Shown one piece after another: positions 26,256 through 36,234 of a stretch of 64,000 nucleotides of DNA (positions are counted from its first letter, which is position 1; every line of letters begins with the position of its first letter). A program made the translations under genes and the position numbers. The notes beneath the pieces are model-generated. The model saw only the letters and a list, made by a program, of their open reading frames with translations. It was not told the origin of the DNA and did not search any database. This DNA is from an uncultured Eubacteriales bacterium (GTDB lineage: Bacteria; Bacillota; Clostridia; Peptostreptococcales; Anaerovoracaceae). The stretch is taken from contig CADBKM010000001.1 of assembly GCA_902795265.1 (NCBI GenBank), positions 28,456 to 92,455 of the forward strand. The letters run 5' to 3'.

Positions 26256-27692
26256 ATGTTTAAGAACAAAGATAAGCATATTGATGTCAACGTTAAGAAT
26301 GTTTACAGGCTTGAAGGACGAGTTCCTCTGAAGGATGCTATCCCGTTCGGTCTGCAGCACGTTCTGGCGATGTTCGTAGCGAATGTGGCTCCGCTTATTA
26401 TAATCGCTTCGGTTGCGGTATATGACGGACAGCCGTTCTCGGCGGTTGAAACCGCAAGACTTATACAGAACTGCATGCTTATCGCGGGCATTGGTACAAT
26501 GGTGCAGCTCTACCCGATATGGAAGATAGGTTCCGGTCTTCCGATCGTAATGGGTCTGAGCTTTACATTCCTTGCTGCGTGCATGTCAGCAGCGTCTAAG
26601 GACTACGGCATAATGGTCGGAGCTATCATAGTAGGCGGTATCTTCGAGGGCATACTCGGCCTTACAGCGAGGTACTGGAGAAAGATAATCTCGCCTCTGC
26701 TTTCTTCGTGCGTAGTAGTTGCCATCGGACTCAGCATCCTTAATGTCGGTGTATCTTCATTCGCATCATCCGCGAAATACCCGGTAGGTGCCTGGCAGAA
26801 CCTTCTTGTAGCTACACTGACACTTATAGCCGCCCTTGTATTCCATATAAAGATGAAAGGCGTCGGAAAGCAGATGTACGTCCTCTTCGGCCTCATATTC
26901 GGATATATCATCTCGATATTCTTCGGAATGGTAGACTTCGGCACAATGGGCGATACCATCAAAGAGATGGGAGTATTCTCAGTGCCTGAGGTATTTGCGT
27001 TCAAGCCTAAATTCCAGGCCGGAGCTATCGTGTCGTTCTGCCTGGTGTTCATGGTATCGGCCGTTGAAACAATTGGTGATACTACTGCAGCCTGCACCGG
27101 AGGACTGGGCAGAGACATCACCGAAAAAGAGATCTCCGGATCGCTCTGCTGCGACGGATTCTTGTCAGCGGTATCGGGCGGAGTCTTCGGCTGTTCGCCT
27201 ATAACATCGTTCAGCCAGAACGTCGGACTCATCGCAATGACTCATGTAGTAAACCGCTTCTGCATCATGTTCGGAGCTCTCGCCATGATCCTCGGCGGAC
27301 TGTTCCCGCCTATCGGAGCTTTCTTCACAACGCTTCCTGACTGCGTACTCGGAGGATGCACAGTAATCATGTTCGGATCGATCATGATGGCCGGCGTAAA
27401 GATGATGATAGATGCAGGCCTTGATAACAGAAATACTCTTATTGCAGCTACTTCGCTGTGCCTCGGCGTAGGTGTTACGCAGGTCGATGGCTTCTTCGAC
27501 CATCTGCCGGCGATCATAGGCGAAATATTCGCAGGCAACATGGTAGCAGGCGTATTTGTGGTAGGACTTCTGATGGAAATACTGCTTCCTAAAGACCCTG
27601 CCAAGTATGAGGCTATCGTGGAAGACGGTCTTGACGGAATCGCTCTTGACCCTGCACTTCTATATGACAAAAAAGAGGGAAAAGAAGACTAA
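26256..27692 (+). CDS. NCS2/NAT-family nucleobase permease (xanthine/uric acid type)
   Basis: 478 aa polytopic protein. NAT signature region FSQNVGLIAMTH. RBS AAGGAGGG. Confidence 0.85.
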   Translation: MFKNKDKHIDVNVKNVYRLEGRVPLKDAIPFGLQHVLAMFVANVAPLIIIASVAVYDGQPFSAVETARLIQNCMLIAGIGTMVQLYPIWKIGSGLPIVMGLSFTFLAACMSAASKDYGIMVGAIIVGGIFEGILGLTARYWRKIISPLLSSCVVVAIGLSILNVGVSSFASSAKYPVGAWQNLLVATLTLIAALVFHIKMKGVGKQMYVLFGLIFGYIISIFFGMVDFGTMGDTIKEMGVFSVPEVFAFKPKFQAGAIVSFCLVFMVSAVETIGDTTAACTGGLGRDITEKEISGSLCCDGFLSAVSGGVFGCSPITSFSQNVGLIAMTHVVNRFCIMFGALAMILGGLFPPIGAFFTTLPDCVLGGCTVIMFGSIMMAGVKMMIDAGLDNRNTLIAATSLCLGVGVTQVDGFFDHLPAIIGEIFAGNMVAGVFVVGLLMEILLPKDPAKYEAIVEDGLDGIALDPALLYDKKEGKED

Positions 27693-27765
27693 AGACAGGG
27701 CTTGCAAGCCATATAATCAGCACCCGCAATAACGCTGAAAGCGTTGAAATTACATAGAAGTGTGT

Positions 27766-27820
27766 AACATATCGGCAAAACCCAAAATAATTTTAGGTTT
27801 TTGCCGATATGTTCTTGTTT
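27766..27820 (+). terminator. Rho-independent terminator after the permease gene
   Basis: About 17-bp stem AACATATCGGCAAAACC / GGTTTTTGCCGATATGTT followed by CTTGTTT. Confidence 0.8.
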
Positions 27821-27890
27821 CGGTACAATCTTAGCTTTATAATTAGGTTGAGAGATTATTAATATTGTGTTGTTTCTGCGGGGTAGACTG

Positions 27891-28676
27891 ATGAAAAACT
27901 ACTATGACCGGACATGGAAAATAGGCGAACTTGCCAGGATGTTCGACATAAATGTACAGCTCCTCAGGCATTACGACAAAGAGGGTCTTCTTGTGCCGAA
28001 AATAAGAAATCCGGAGAACAACTGGAGGACTTACAAGTACGACCAGATATACCCGCTTGGCATGATACGCTTTCTCAGGACGCTTGACTGCTCCCTTGAT
28101 GATATAGGCAGATTCATGCCTGAACGCAATGCCGAAACGACAGAATCGTATCTGAAGGAGCGCATGGCCATCATGCGTGCCAGATACGAAAAGCTTCTGA
28201 AAAGGGAGGCTGTACTCAATGACAGGTTCGCGCTCATCAAACGTGAGATGAAATACGCTGCGTCCGATCAGATGTTTGTTTATTCTGAAGAGAAGATACA
28301 TTACATCGAGATCGGGGGCATCGAGGACATCTTCGTTGATGAGCTTTTTTATCTGTATCCGACCCTCGTGTTCTACACGGGCGACGAGACGCGCTTCGCC
28401 GTATGGGTCCCTGAAAAGGACCTTTCCGTGTTCGAAGCGTACAATGAGCGTATCAAAGTGATACCTCACGACGAGTATCTGGTTGGATTTCACAAAGGCC
28501 CTCACGAGAAGATACGGGAGACTTTCGCCAGAATGGAGGAATCAGCCCCGGGACTTCTCGAAGAAGGCAGCAGGCTCGATGAAACAAAGATATGCACTGA
28601 CATAATAGACCAGTTCATCGAAGCCGACAGAAGCAATTTTGTTACAAAGGTAATGATAAAAATAATAAGAGAATAA
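27891..28676 (+). CDS. MerR-family transcriptional regulator with C-terminal effector-binding (GyrI-like) domain
   Basis: HTH WKIGELARMFDINVQLLRHYDKEGLL, a coiled-coil linker, and a C-terminal domain of about 150 aa. Confidence 0.8.
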   Translation: MKNYYDRTWKIGELARMFDINVQLLRHYDKEGLLVPKIRNPENNWRTYKYDQIYPLGMIRFLRTLDCSLDDIGRFMPERNAETTESYLKERMAIMRARYEKLLKREAVLNDRFALIKREMKYAASDQMFVYSEEKIHYIEIGGIEDIFVDELFYLYPTLVFYTGDETRFAVWVPEKDLSVFEAYNERIKVIPHDEYLVGFHKGPHEKIRETFARMEESAPGLLEEGSRLDETKICTDIIDQFIEADRSNFVTKVMIKIIRE

Positions 28677-28721
28677 TATAACGGAATAAGCACTATCAAT
28701 CAGAGAGAAGGAGGGCAGAGC

Positions 28722-31061
28722 ATGTCCAACAAGTACATCGGAAAAGCGGTTACCAGGCACGACGCACACGATAAAGCCATGGGCCGCATCAAATACACCG
28801 ACGACATGTGCGACAAAGGCGCTCTTGTAATAAGGGTGCTGCATTCAACGGTTGCCAACGGCATCGTCAAGTCTATAGATACGAGTGAGGCAGAAAAGGT
28901 GCCGGGCGTTGTGCGCATCTTCACATGCTTCGACATAAAGGAGAAACACTATTATCCGACAGCAGGGCACCCGTGGTCGACAGATCCGAGCCATCAGGAT
29001 ATAGCGGACCGCCTGATAATGACAGACAGACCGCTGTTCTACGGAGACGATATCGGAGCGGTAGTAGCCGAGGATGAAGTAGCAGCTTCACAGGCTCTTC
29101 GCATACTTGAAAAGAGCGTGGAATACGAAGAGCTGCCGTTCGTGCTCGACGCGCAGGAGGCCATGAAGGAGGGCGCTCCTCAGCTCCATGAAAAATACCC
29201 TAACAACGTTCTGGCACATACCGAGATCCACATGGGAAGCGTCGAAGAGGCTATAAAGGAGCCGGGGCTCACCAAGGTGGAGGGCTGGTACGAGACACAG
29301 CCTGTGCAGCACTGCCATATCGAAAACTTCATCTGCTATGCATATGGTGAGGGCGGCAGGACCGTAGTGGTCACATCGACACAGATACCGCACATCGTGC
29401 GCCGTGTCATCGGACAGGCTCTCGGCATGGACTGGGGCAAGTTCAGAGTCATCAAACCTTATGTAGGCGGCGGATTCGGAAACAAGCAGGATGTTCTTTA
29501 TGAACCTCTCTGCGCGTGGATCAGCATACAGCTTGGAGGACGCCTCGTAAAACTTGACGTTCCCCGTGAAGAGACTTTCATAAGCAACCGGATCAGGCAT
29601 GCGATAAGGTATCACATAACTTCGTGGATGCGTCCTGACGGAAGCTTCGCGGCCCGTACCATCAAGGCGTGGTGCAACAACGGAGCGTACAGCTCTCACG
29701 GACACGCGATCGCGGCCAAGGGCCTGAACGCGTTCCCGCAGCTCTATCCTTGCGACAATATCGACGGCGAAACATGGACGGTCTATACCAACCGTTCCGT
29801 TGCAGGAGCGATGAGAGGATACGGCATGCCGCAGGCGAGCTACGCATTTGAATGCCACGCAGAGGACTGCGCACGGGCCATGAAAATGGATCCTCTCGAA
29901 TTCAGACGCAAGAATCTGATGCCGGTGGGTTATTACCACGCATTCTCGAAGAACGAATTATACAGTGACACGTTCAATCAGTGCTTCGACAAGGGCGCCG
30001 AGATAATCGGCTACTACGACAAAGTCGAAAAGTATAAGAACCAGACAGGTGACATCAGAAGGGGCATAGCCGTATCGACATTCTGGTACAACACCGCTGT
30101 TTACCCTATAGCGCTCGAGACGTCATCGTGCCGCATAGTAATGAACCAGGACGGATCGGTACAGTTCCAGCTGGGCGAGACGGAAATCGGCCAGGGAGCT
30201 GACACGGCAGCGGCACAGATGATAGCGGAGGAACTCAGCATACCTGTCGACATGGTCCATCCGGTATCGTGTCAGGACACCGACATTACTCCGTTCGGAA
30301 CGGGCGTATACGCGTCGAGAGGCACATATACTCTCGGCTTCTCGGTAAGGCAGACGGCGCTGCTGCTTAAAGAGAAAGTTCTCGAAGCGGCTCATCAGTT
30401 CACGAGAATGCCTGTGTACAACCTCGATCTTGTTGACGGTAAGATCGTAAGGACGACCGACGGACGCGAACTCATGACCATCGGCGAGCTGGCACTTTCG
30501 AAACTGTATACGACAGACGGCTCACAGCATCTGACAGCTGAGTCGACTTATCAGATAAAGTCGAACGCCTACTCATTCGGCTGCTGCTTCGCTGAGGTGG
30601 AAGTAGACATACCGATGTGCCGCGTGAGACTGCTCAACATCGTAAACGTGCACGACTGCGGACAGGTCATCAACCCGATACTGGCTTCGGGTCAGGTCCA
30701 CGGCGGAATGAGCATGGGCATAGGCTACGCCCTTTCGGAAAAACTCATGTGGGATGAAAAGACAGGCCGGCCGCTCAACAACAATCTGCTCGACTACAAG
30801 CTGTCCTCATTCATGGATCATCCTAGACTGAATGCGGCATTTGTAGAGAACTATGAACCTACGAGCGCTTACGGCACAAAGGGCCTCGGCGAACCGCCGG
30901 CATGCCCGGTCGCTCCTGCGATCAGAAATGCCATCGGTGCGGCTACCGGAGTGTACATCAACGAACTTCCGCTGTCGCCGCATACGCTCTTCCGTGAATT
31001 CACGGATGCGGGCCTCATAAACGACCCATGGAGAAATGAGCAGGGAAAGGAGAGCAAGTAG
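28722..31061 (+). CDS. xdhA: Xanthine dehydrogenase-type molybdopterin-binding large subunit
   Basis: 779 aa with aldehyde oxidase/xanthine dehydrogenase a/b-hammerhead and Mo-binding motifs (GGGFGNKQD, GETEIGQGADT, GLGEPP). Confidence 0.85.
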   Translation: MSNKYIGKAVTRHDAHDKAMGRIKYTDDMCDKGALVIRVLHSTVANGIVKSIDTSEAEKVPGVVRIFTCFDIKEKHYYPTAGHPWSTDPSHQDIADRLIMTDRPLFYGDDIGAVVAEDEVAASQALRILEKSVEYEELPFVLDAQEAMKEGAPQLHEKYPNNVLAHTEIHMGSVEEAIKEPGLTKVEGWYETQPVQHCHIENFICYAYGEGGRTVVVTSTQIPHIVRRVIGQALGMDWGKFRVIKPYVGGGFGNKQDVLYEPLCAWISIQLGGRLVKLDVPREETFISNRIRHAIRYHITSWMRPDGSFAARTIKAWCNNGAYSSHGHAIAAKGLNAFPQLYPCDNIDGETWTVYTNRSVAGAMRGYGMPQASYAFECHAEDCARAMKMDPLEFRRKNLMPVGYYHAFSKNELYSDTFNQCFDKGAEIIGYYDKVEKYKNQTGDIRRGIAVSTFWYNTAVYPIALETSSCRIVMNQDGSVQFQLGETEIGQGADTAAAQMIAEELSIPVDMVHPVSCQDTDITPFGTGVYASRGTYTLGFSVRQTALLLKEKVLEAAHQFTRMPVYNLDLVDGKIVRTTDGRELMTIGELALSKLYTTDGSQHLTAESTYQIKSNAYSFGCCFAEVEVDIPMCRVRLLNIVNVHDCGQVINPILASGQVHGGMSMGIGYALSEKLMWDEKTGRPLNNNLLDYKLSSFMDHPRLNAAFVENYEPTSAYGTKGLGEPPACPVAPAIRNAIGAATGVYINELPLSPHTLFREFTDAGLINDPWRNEQGKESK

Positions 31062-31062
31062 T

Positions 31063-31950
31063 ATGTATGACATAAAAGCACTGTATGAAGCTGAAAGCGT
31101 GCAGGATGCCATCAGGCTGCTGCAGGAACACCCTGAAGCGCAGATACTCGCCGGCGGATCCGATGTGCTCGTCCAGATAAGAGAGGGGCGCAGGGCAGGT
31201 GTCGAGCTCGTCAGCATCTATATGCTCGATGAGCTGCGCGGAGTCAGTATCGATGAAGAAGAGAACATCCGCATCGGCTCTCTCACAAGCTTCTCACATA
31301 TAACAAAAGACCCGATAATCCAGAAATATATCAACGTTCTCGGCGAAGCCGTCGATATGGTAGGCGGCCCGCAGATAAGGGCGATCGGAACCATCGGAGG
31401 AAACACATGCAACGGAGTCACATCGGCGGACTCAGCATCGACTCTGATGGCATGGGACGCGATCATAGAGCTGACAGGTCCTGAAGGAGTAAGACGTGTT
31501 CCTATCAAGGACTTCTACATCAAGGCCAAAGTAGTGGATATCAGGCCTGCCGAGATACAGACGGCAATACTTATCCCGAAGGAATCGTATGACAGATGCT
31601 TCGGACACTACATCAAGTATTCGATGAGGAATGCTCTCGACATCGCGACGACCGGCTGCTCAGTAAACGTAAGGCTGAGCGACGATAAGAAGACCTTCGA
31701 GCGCGTACGCATAGGATACGGAGTAGCCGCTCCGATTCCTTGCCGGGCTTATACAGCCGAAGCATTCCTTAACGGAAAAGAGATAAACGATGAGAATATA
31801 AAGAAATTCGCGGAAACGGTACTCGAAGACATAAATCCGCGTGACAGCTGGCGTGCCGGCAAGGCTCTTCGTCAGCATATCTCGGTAGTCATGGCCGAAA
31901 GGGCTCTGCGTGAGTCGATCAGGCTGGCAGGAGGTGTGGTAAATGAGTAA
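31063..31950 (+). CDS. xdhB: Xanthine dehydrogenase FAD-binding subunit
   Basis: ATG at 31063 directly after the xdhA stop with GGAAAGGAGAG upstream. FAD_binding_5-like motifs (LAGGSDVLV, GTIGGN). Confidence 0.8.
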   Translation: MYDIKALYEAESVQDAIRLLQEHPEAQILAGGSDVLVQIREGRRAGVELVSIYMLDELRGVSIDEEENIRIGSLTSFSHITKDPIIQKYINVLGEAVDMVGGPQIRAIGTIGGNTCNGVTSADSASTLMAWDAIIELTGPEGVRRVPIKDFYIKAKVVDIRPAEIQTAILIPKESYDRCFGHYIKYSMRNALDIATTGCSVNVRLSDDKKTFERVRIGYGVAAPIPCRAYTAEAFLNGKEINDENIKKFAETVLEDINPRDSWRAGKALRQHISVVMAERALRESIRLAGGVVNE

Positions 31951-32494
31951 GCAATATAAAGTGGTCCACTGCACCATCAACGGCAAAGAAGTTGAGCAGA
32001 TCGTGGACGTAAGGGCATCGCTCACAGATATGCTTCGAAATGATTTCCGCCTGACTTCAGTCAAGAAGGGCTGTGAAGTCGGAGAGTGCGGAGCCTGCAC
32101 CGTCATCATAGACGGAGAGGGATTCAACTCATGCATATACCTGGCAGTCTGGGCAGAAGGCAAGGAGATTTGGACTCTCGAAGGCCTGACCGGACCGGGA
32201 GGAGAGCTTTCGGATATCCAGCAGGCATTCATCGATGAGGGAGCTATCCAGTGCGGATTCTGCACACCGGGATTCATCATGACAAGCTGGGAGATAGTAA
32301 ATTCGGGCAAGGAATACAGCGATGACGAACTCAGGAAACTGCTCTCAGGCCACCTCTGCAGATGCACTGGTTATGAGAACATATTCCGCGCTGTAAAGAA
32401 GACGATGCTCAGACACCTGGGCAAGTTCGAAGAAGCCGAGAAGGTCAATTCACAAGGCATCGCGGATTATCCTGAACCGATGCCTTTCATGTAG
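31943..32494 (+). CDS. xdhC: Xanthine dehydrogenase [2Fe-2S] subunit
   Basis: Canonical motifs CEVGECGACTV, QCGFCTPG and CRCTGY. Confidence 0.9.
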   Translation: MSKQYKVVHCTINGKEVEQIVDVRASLTDMLRNDFRLTSVKKGCEVGECGACTVIIDGEGFNSCIYLAVWAEGKEIWTLEGLTGPGGELSDIQQAFIDEGAIQCGFCTPGFIMTSWEIVNSGKEYSDDELRKLLSGHLCRCTGYENIFRAVKKTMLRHLGKFEEAEKVNSQGIADYPEPMPFM

Positions 32495-32521
32495 AAAACG
32501 GGCATAGCAAGGAGAATGATT

Positions 32522-33328
32522 ATGGCAACTCAACTGTTAATGGCAAAAGACCCAGCAGAGGCGATTGGCTCCAAAACAGCATCGGCTGCCTTCATTGCAG
32601 GGGGGACCGAGGTGAACCGCCTCGGATCCGACATCGCCGCGAAAGCTGACACTCTTATTTCGCTGAAGAAGTGCAGCGGACTCGCGGACATCAGGAAAGA
32701 AGACGGATGCCTTACTATCGGATCGATGTGCACTTTCCAGCAGCTCATCGAATCCGACGATGTACCGGCATACCTCAAGGAAGCGGCGCACTTCATGGCA
32801 TCGCGTACCAAGCGCAACATGGCCACCATCGGAGGCAACATTGCGGCAGCCAGAAGTGATTCATATCTGATACCGGCTCTTCATGCGGCCGGTGCAGTGC
32901 TGAATATCTGCTGCAAAGAGGGTGAGTGCGCAAGTGTCGCCATAGCTGATTATCTGGATGAACAGGATAAGTACACAGATGCACTGATCGTATCAGTCTC
33001 TGTTCCGACGGATATAGTGCTGGTGTCGAAGCGCTACGCAAATACCGCACAGAGCCACGCGGTGCTCACTGCCAGCGCAGCTTTAAGGGACGGAGGCCTT
33101 CATATGGCAGGAGCCGTAAAGAACGTAGGAATACTTCACTTCTGCGATCTTGAGAAGGCTTTCATGGATGATCCTGACATAAGCGAAGATGCCATCGTAA
33201 AGATGGTCAGGGAGTGCACAGGTCTTCACACCAGCGATGACATGTTCGGAAGCGATGATTATAAGCGCTATCTGATCGGAGTCACTGTTTACGACCTTCA
33301 CAGACAGCTCAGAGGGAAGGAGGTATAG
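32522..33328 (+). CDS. ygfM: YgfM-like FAD-binding subunit of the XdhD-type hydroxylase
   Basis: FAD_binding_5-like motifs (IAGGTEVN, ATIGGNIA). Positioned directly upstream of the xdhD homologue as in E. coli. ATG at 32522 has better spacing to AAGGAG than 32516. Confidence 0.7.
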   Translation: MATQLLMAKDPAEAIGSKTASAAFIAGGTEVNRLGSDIAAKADTLISLKKCSGLADIRKEDGCLTIGSMCTFQQLIESDDVPAYLKEAAHFMASRTKRNMATIGGNIAAARSDSYLIPALHAAGAVLNICCKEGECASVAIADYLDEQDKYTDALIVSVSVPTDIVLVSKRYANTAQSHAVLTASAALRDGGLHMAGAVKNVGILHFCDLEKAFMDDPDISEDAIVKMVRECTGLHTSDDMFGSDDYKRYLIGVTVYDLHRQLRGKEV

Positions 33329-33330
33329 AC

Positions 33331-36213
33331 ATGATCTCTTGTACCATAAACGGCAAAAAACGGTCGTTCGATATCGACCCTACAAAGAGACTGCGCGAGA
33401 TGCTCCTTATGAACGGCAATTTCGCCGTCCGCGACAGCGATGACGCTGAGGGATTCTGCGGAAGCGATACCGTTCTCCTCGACGGCACTCCGGTGTTCTC
33501 GAATCTCGTCCTTGCGGGCGAGGCCGAAGGCTGCGAGATCATCACTCCTGACAGCCTTGGCGATTCCATGCACCTCACAGTGGTGCAGCAGGCGCTCATC
33601 GATGCAGGCGTCGTGCAGAGCGCGTATAACGCTCCGGCAGCGGCTCTGCTCATGACATGGCTGTTCAGCCAGAACCCTGATCCGTCAAGAGAAGAAGTAA
33701 AGGACGTGCTCTCCGGCATTTTCATCAGAGACGCCGGATACGAGCATTACTATCTTGCTGCAGAGCTCATAAAAGAAAAGCTGGCAACCGGAGAATACAA
33801 GACGGAAATAGCGCCTGAGTTCAGACCTGAACTCAAGGCGGTAGGCAAGGTAATGCCTAAGATCGACGCTCCTCAGCTCGTATCGGGCGAGAGGGCATTC
33901 GTCGAAGACTATGTGGATGACGACACATGCTATATGGTCGTTCTCAGATCGCCTTATGCGCATGCATATGTAAACAAGGTCGACACATCAAAGGCGGAGG
34001 CTCTGCCGGGAGTCATCAAGGTGATCACGGCTTACAACTGCTCAGACGCCACATACATGTCGGCCGGTCAGGGAAACCCTGAACCGTCACCGCACGACAG
34101 AAAGCTTCTCAACAAGAAGGTCAGACACGTGGGTGACCGTGTGGCCGCCATCGTCGCTGAGACGCTCGAAGAAGCTATAAAGGCACGTGACCTCATCGAA
34201 GTAGAATACGAACCTCTTGAGGCAGTATTTACGGTCGAAGAGGCCATGGCAGAGGGCGCTCCTCTGGTGCACAACGGAAAAGTCCAGTACAACGCCGGAG
34301 CTCCTGATGATCTTGACGAATACAACAGCAAGCTGTCGGGAGATGAGCGCGAGGGCAAGGTAGTATATCAGTTCCCTCTGCACGGAGACATCCTCCACAA
34401 CGTAGCGGCTGCCAACCACGGCGGTATCGGCGATGTGGATAAGGCCTTTGAAGAGGCTGATGCCGTTGTCGAAGCGACTTATCAGACGAGCCAGATCCAG
34501 CATACACCGCTCGAGACTCACATATGCTTCTCGAAGCTCGAAAACGGCAGGCTCATCATTTACGCCAGCACACAGGTGCCTTACCATGTGCGCCGTATCG
34601 TAAGCTGGGTAACAGGGCTTTCCGAAAACAAGATACACGTTATAAAGACCAGAGTAGGCGGCGGATACGGCTCAAAGCAGGATATCCTCGTTGAGGATCT
34701 CACAGCTTACGCCACATTCGTGACCGGCAGACCTGTGCTTTATCACAACACGCGCGAGGAGGAGTTCATCGCCAACTCCACAAGACACCCGATGCGCGTC
34801 CATGTAAAGATGGGCGGCAAAAAGGACGGATCGATCACCGGCATTTACATGAAGGTCGATGCGAATACCGGTCCTTACGGAAACCACGCGCTGACAGTGC
34901 CTATGAACAGCTGCTCCAAAACACTGCCGCTGTTCAAGTGCGACAACATGAAATACGATCTCACGATCTACTATACCAACACTCCTCCGGCAGGAGCTTA
35001 CCAGGGCTACGGAACTCCTAAGGGCACGTACGGCCTCATGATGGCCATGTGCGAGCTCGCCGACAAGCTCGGAATTGATTACAAAGACATGGTTCTCAAG
35101 AACCACGTCGAAGAGGGCTATATGCTTGAGATCCTCAAGGGACTCGGCGAAGGCCGTGAAGGAAACGTAGTGCCTGTAGGATCGTGCGGACTCAGAGAGG
35201 CAGTCGAGAAGGGCTGCGAGATGATAGAGTGGGGCAAGCGCGAGGAAAGCGGAGACCCTGACTGGAAGATCGGCAAGGGCTTCGCGATGATAATGCAGGG
35301 CTCGGGACTTCCGGGTCTCGACCACGCGAACGCGGTAGCCAAGCTCGAGATGGACGGCTCGATAATCGTGCTGTCCGGAGCAGCGGATATCGGCACAGGC
35401 CTCGATACCATCATTGCAAAGGTAACCAGCGACATACTCTGCATACCTGTAGATAAGATAACCGTCATCTCAGGCGATACAGACTCCGGAGCTTTCGATA
35501 CAGGCTCATACGCTTCATCAGGAACATTCTTCAGCGGCAATGCCGCTGTAGTAGCTGCTACGAATCTGAAGAATAAGATACTCGATGAGGCGGCTTATCA
35601 GCTCGGAGAAGAGCTCGATGACATGGAGATCACATGGCCTGGCGAGGTGCACTCCAAGAAGACGGGTAAAGTATTATCGTTCTATGAAATAATACACACT
35701 TCGACTTCGGGCACGGGCCGCGGACACCTGATAGCTCCGGGAAGCTTCACGACAGCGGCATCATCCGTACCGTACGGAGCTCATTTCGCGCAGGTAGCCG
35801 TGAATGTAAAGACGGGCGAAGTCAAGGTGCAGAAGTTCTACGCAGTACAGGATGCCGGAACTCCAATCAATCCTGAGGCGGCGCTCTGCCAGATGTACGG
35901 AGCTTCGCTCAAATCCATCGGCCACACACTGTATGAAGACATGATACTCGATAAAGACGGACGCTGCGTCAACGCGAACATGACTGATTACGGAGTGCCG
36001 ATGATATCCGAGCAGCCTGATGACTTCAAGGCTGTGCTAATAGATGTCAATGATCCGGACGGGCCGTTCGGAGCCAAGTCGATCTCAGAGATCGCCTGCA
36101 ACGGAGCGGCTCCTGCAATAGGCAACGCGATCCATGACGCCTGCGGTGTATGGATGCGCAGCTGGCCTATGACACCGGAGAAAATACTCAGAGAATTAGG
36201 AAAGATCAAATAG
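33331..36213 (+). CDS. xdhD: XdhD/YgfN-type fused molybdenum hydroxylase (selenium-dependent class candidate)
   Basis: 960 aa. Colinear resemblance to E. coli XdhD as I recall it (VRDSDDAEGF.GSD, VVQSAYNAPAAAL, RDAGYEHYY, GGGYGSKQD, GAADIGTGLDT, GAKSISE). Confidence 0.85.
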   Translation: MISCTINGKKRSFDIDPTKRLREMLLMNGNFAVRDSDDAEGFCGSDTVLLDGTPVFSNLVLAGEAEGCEIITPDSLGDSMHLTVVQQALIDAGVVQSAYNAPAAALLMTWLFSQNPDPSREEVKDVLSGIFIRDAGYEHYYLAAELIKEKLATGEYKTEIAPEFRPELKAVGKVMPKIDAPQLVSGERAFVEDYVDDDTCYMVVLRSPYAHAYVNKVDTSKAEALPGVIKVITAYNCSDATYMSAGQGNPEPSPHDRKLLNKKVRHVGDRVAAIVAETLEEAIKARDLIEVEYEPLEAVFTVEEAMAEGAPLVHNGKVQYNAGAPDDLDEYNSKLSGDEREGKVVYQFPLHGDILHNVAAANHGGIGDVDKAFEEADAVVEATYQTSQIQHTPLETHICFSKLENGRLIIYASTQVPYHVRRIVSWVTGLSENKIHVIKTRVGGGYGSKQDILVEDLTAYATFVTGRPVLYHNTREEEFIANSTRHPMRVHVKMGGKKDGSITGIYMKVDANTGPYGNHALTVPMNSCSKTLPLFKCDNMKYDLTIYYTNTPPAGAYQGYGTPKGTYGLMMAMCELADKLGIDYKDMVLKNHVEEGYMLEILKGLGEGREGNVVPVGSCGLREAVEKGCEMIEWGKREESGDPDWKIGKGFAMIMQGSGLPGLDHANAVAKLEMDGSIIVLSGAADIGTGLDTIIAKVTSDILCIPVDKITVISGDTDSGAFDTGSYASSGTFFSGNAAVVAATNLKNKILDEAAYQLGEELDDMEITWPGEVHSKKTGKVLSFYEIIHTSTSGTGRGHLIAPGSFTTAASSVPYGAHFAQVAVNVKTGEVKVQKFYAVQDAGTPINPEAALCQMYGASLKSIGHTLYEDMILDKDGRCVNANMTDYGVPMISEQPDDFKAVLIDVNDPDGPFGAKSISEIACNGAAPAIGNAIHDACGVWMRSWPMTPEKILRELGKIK

Positions 36214-36234
36214 CTCAGGAAGGGAGGATGAAAC

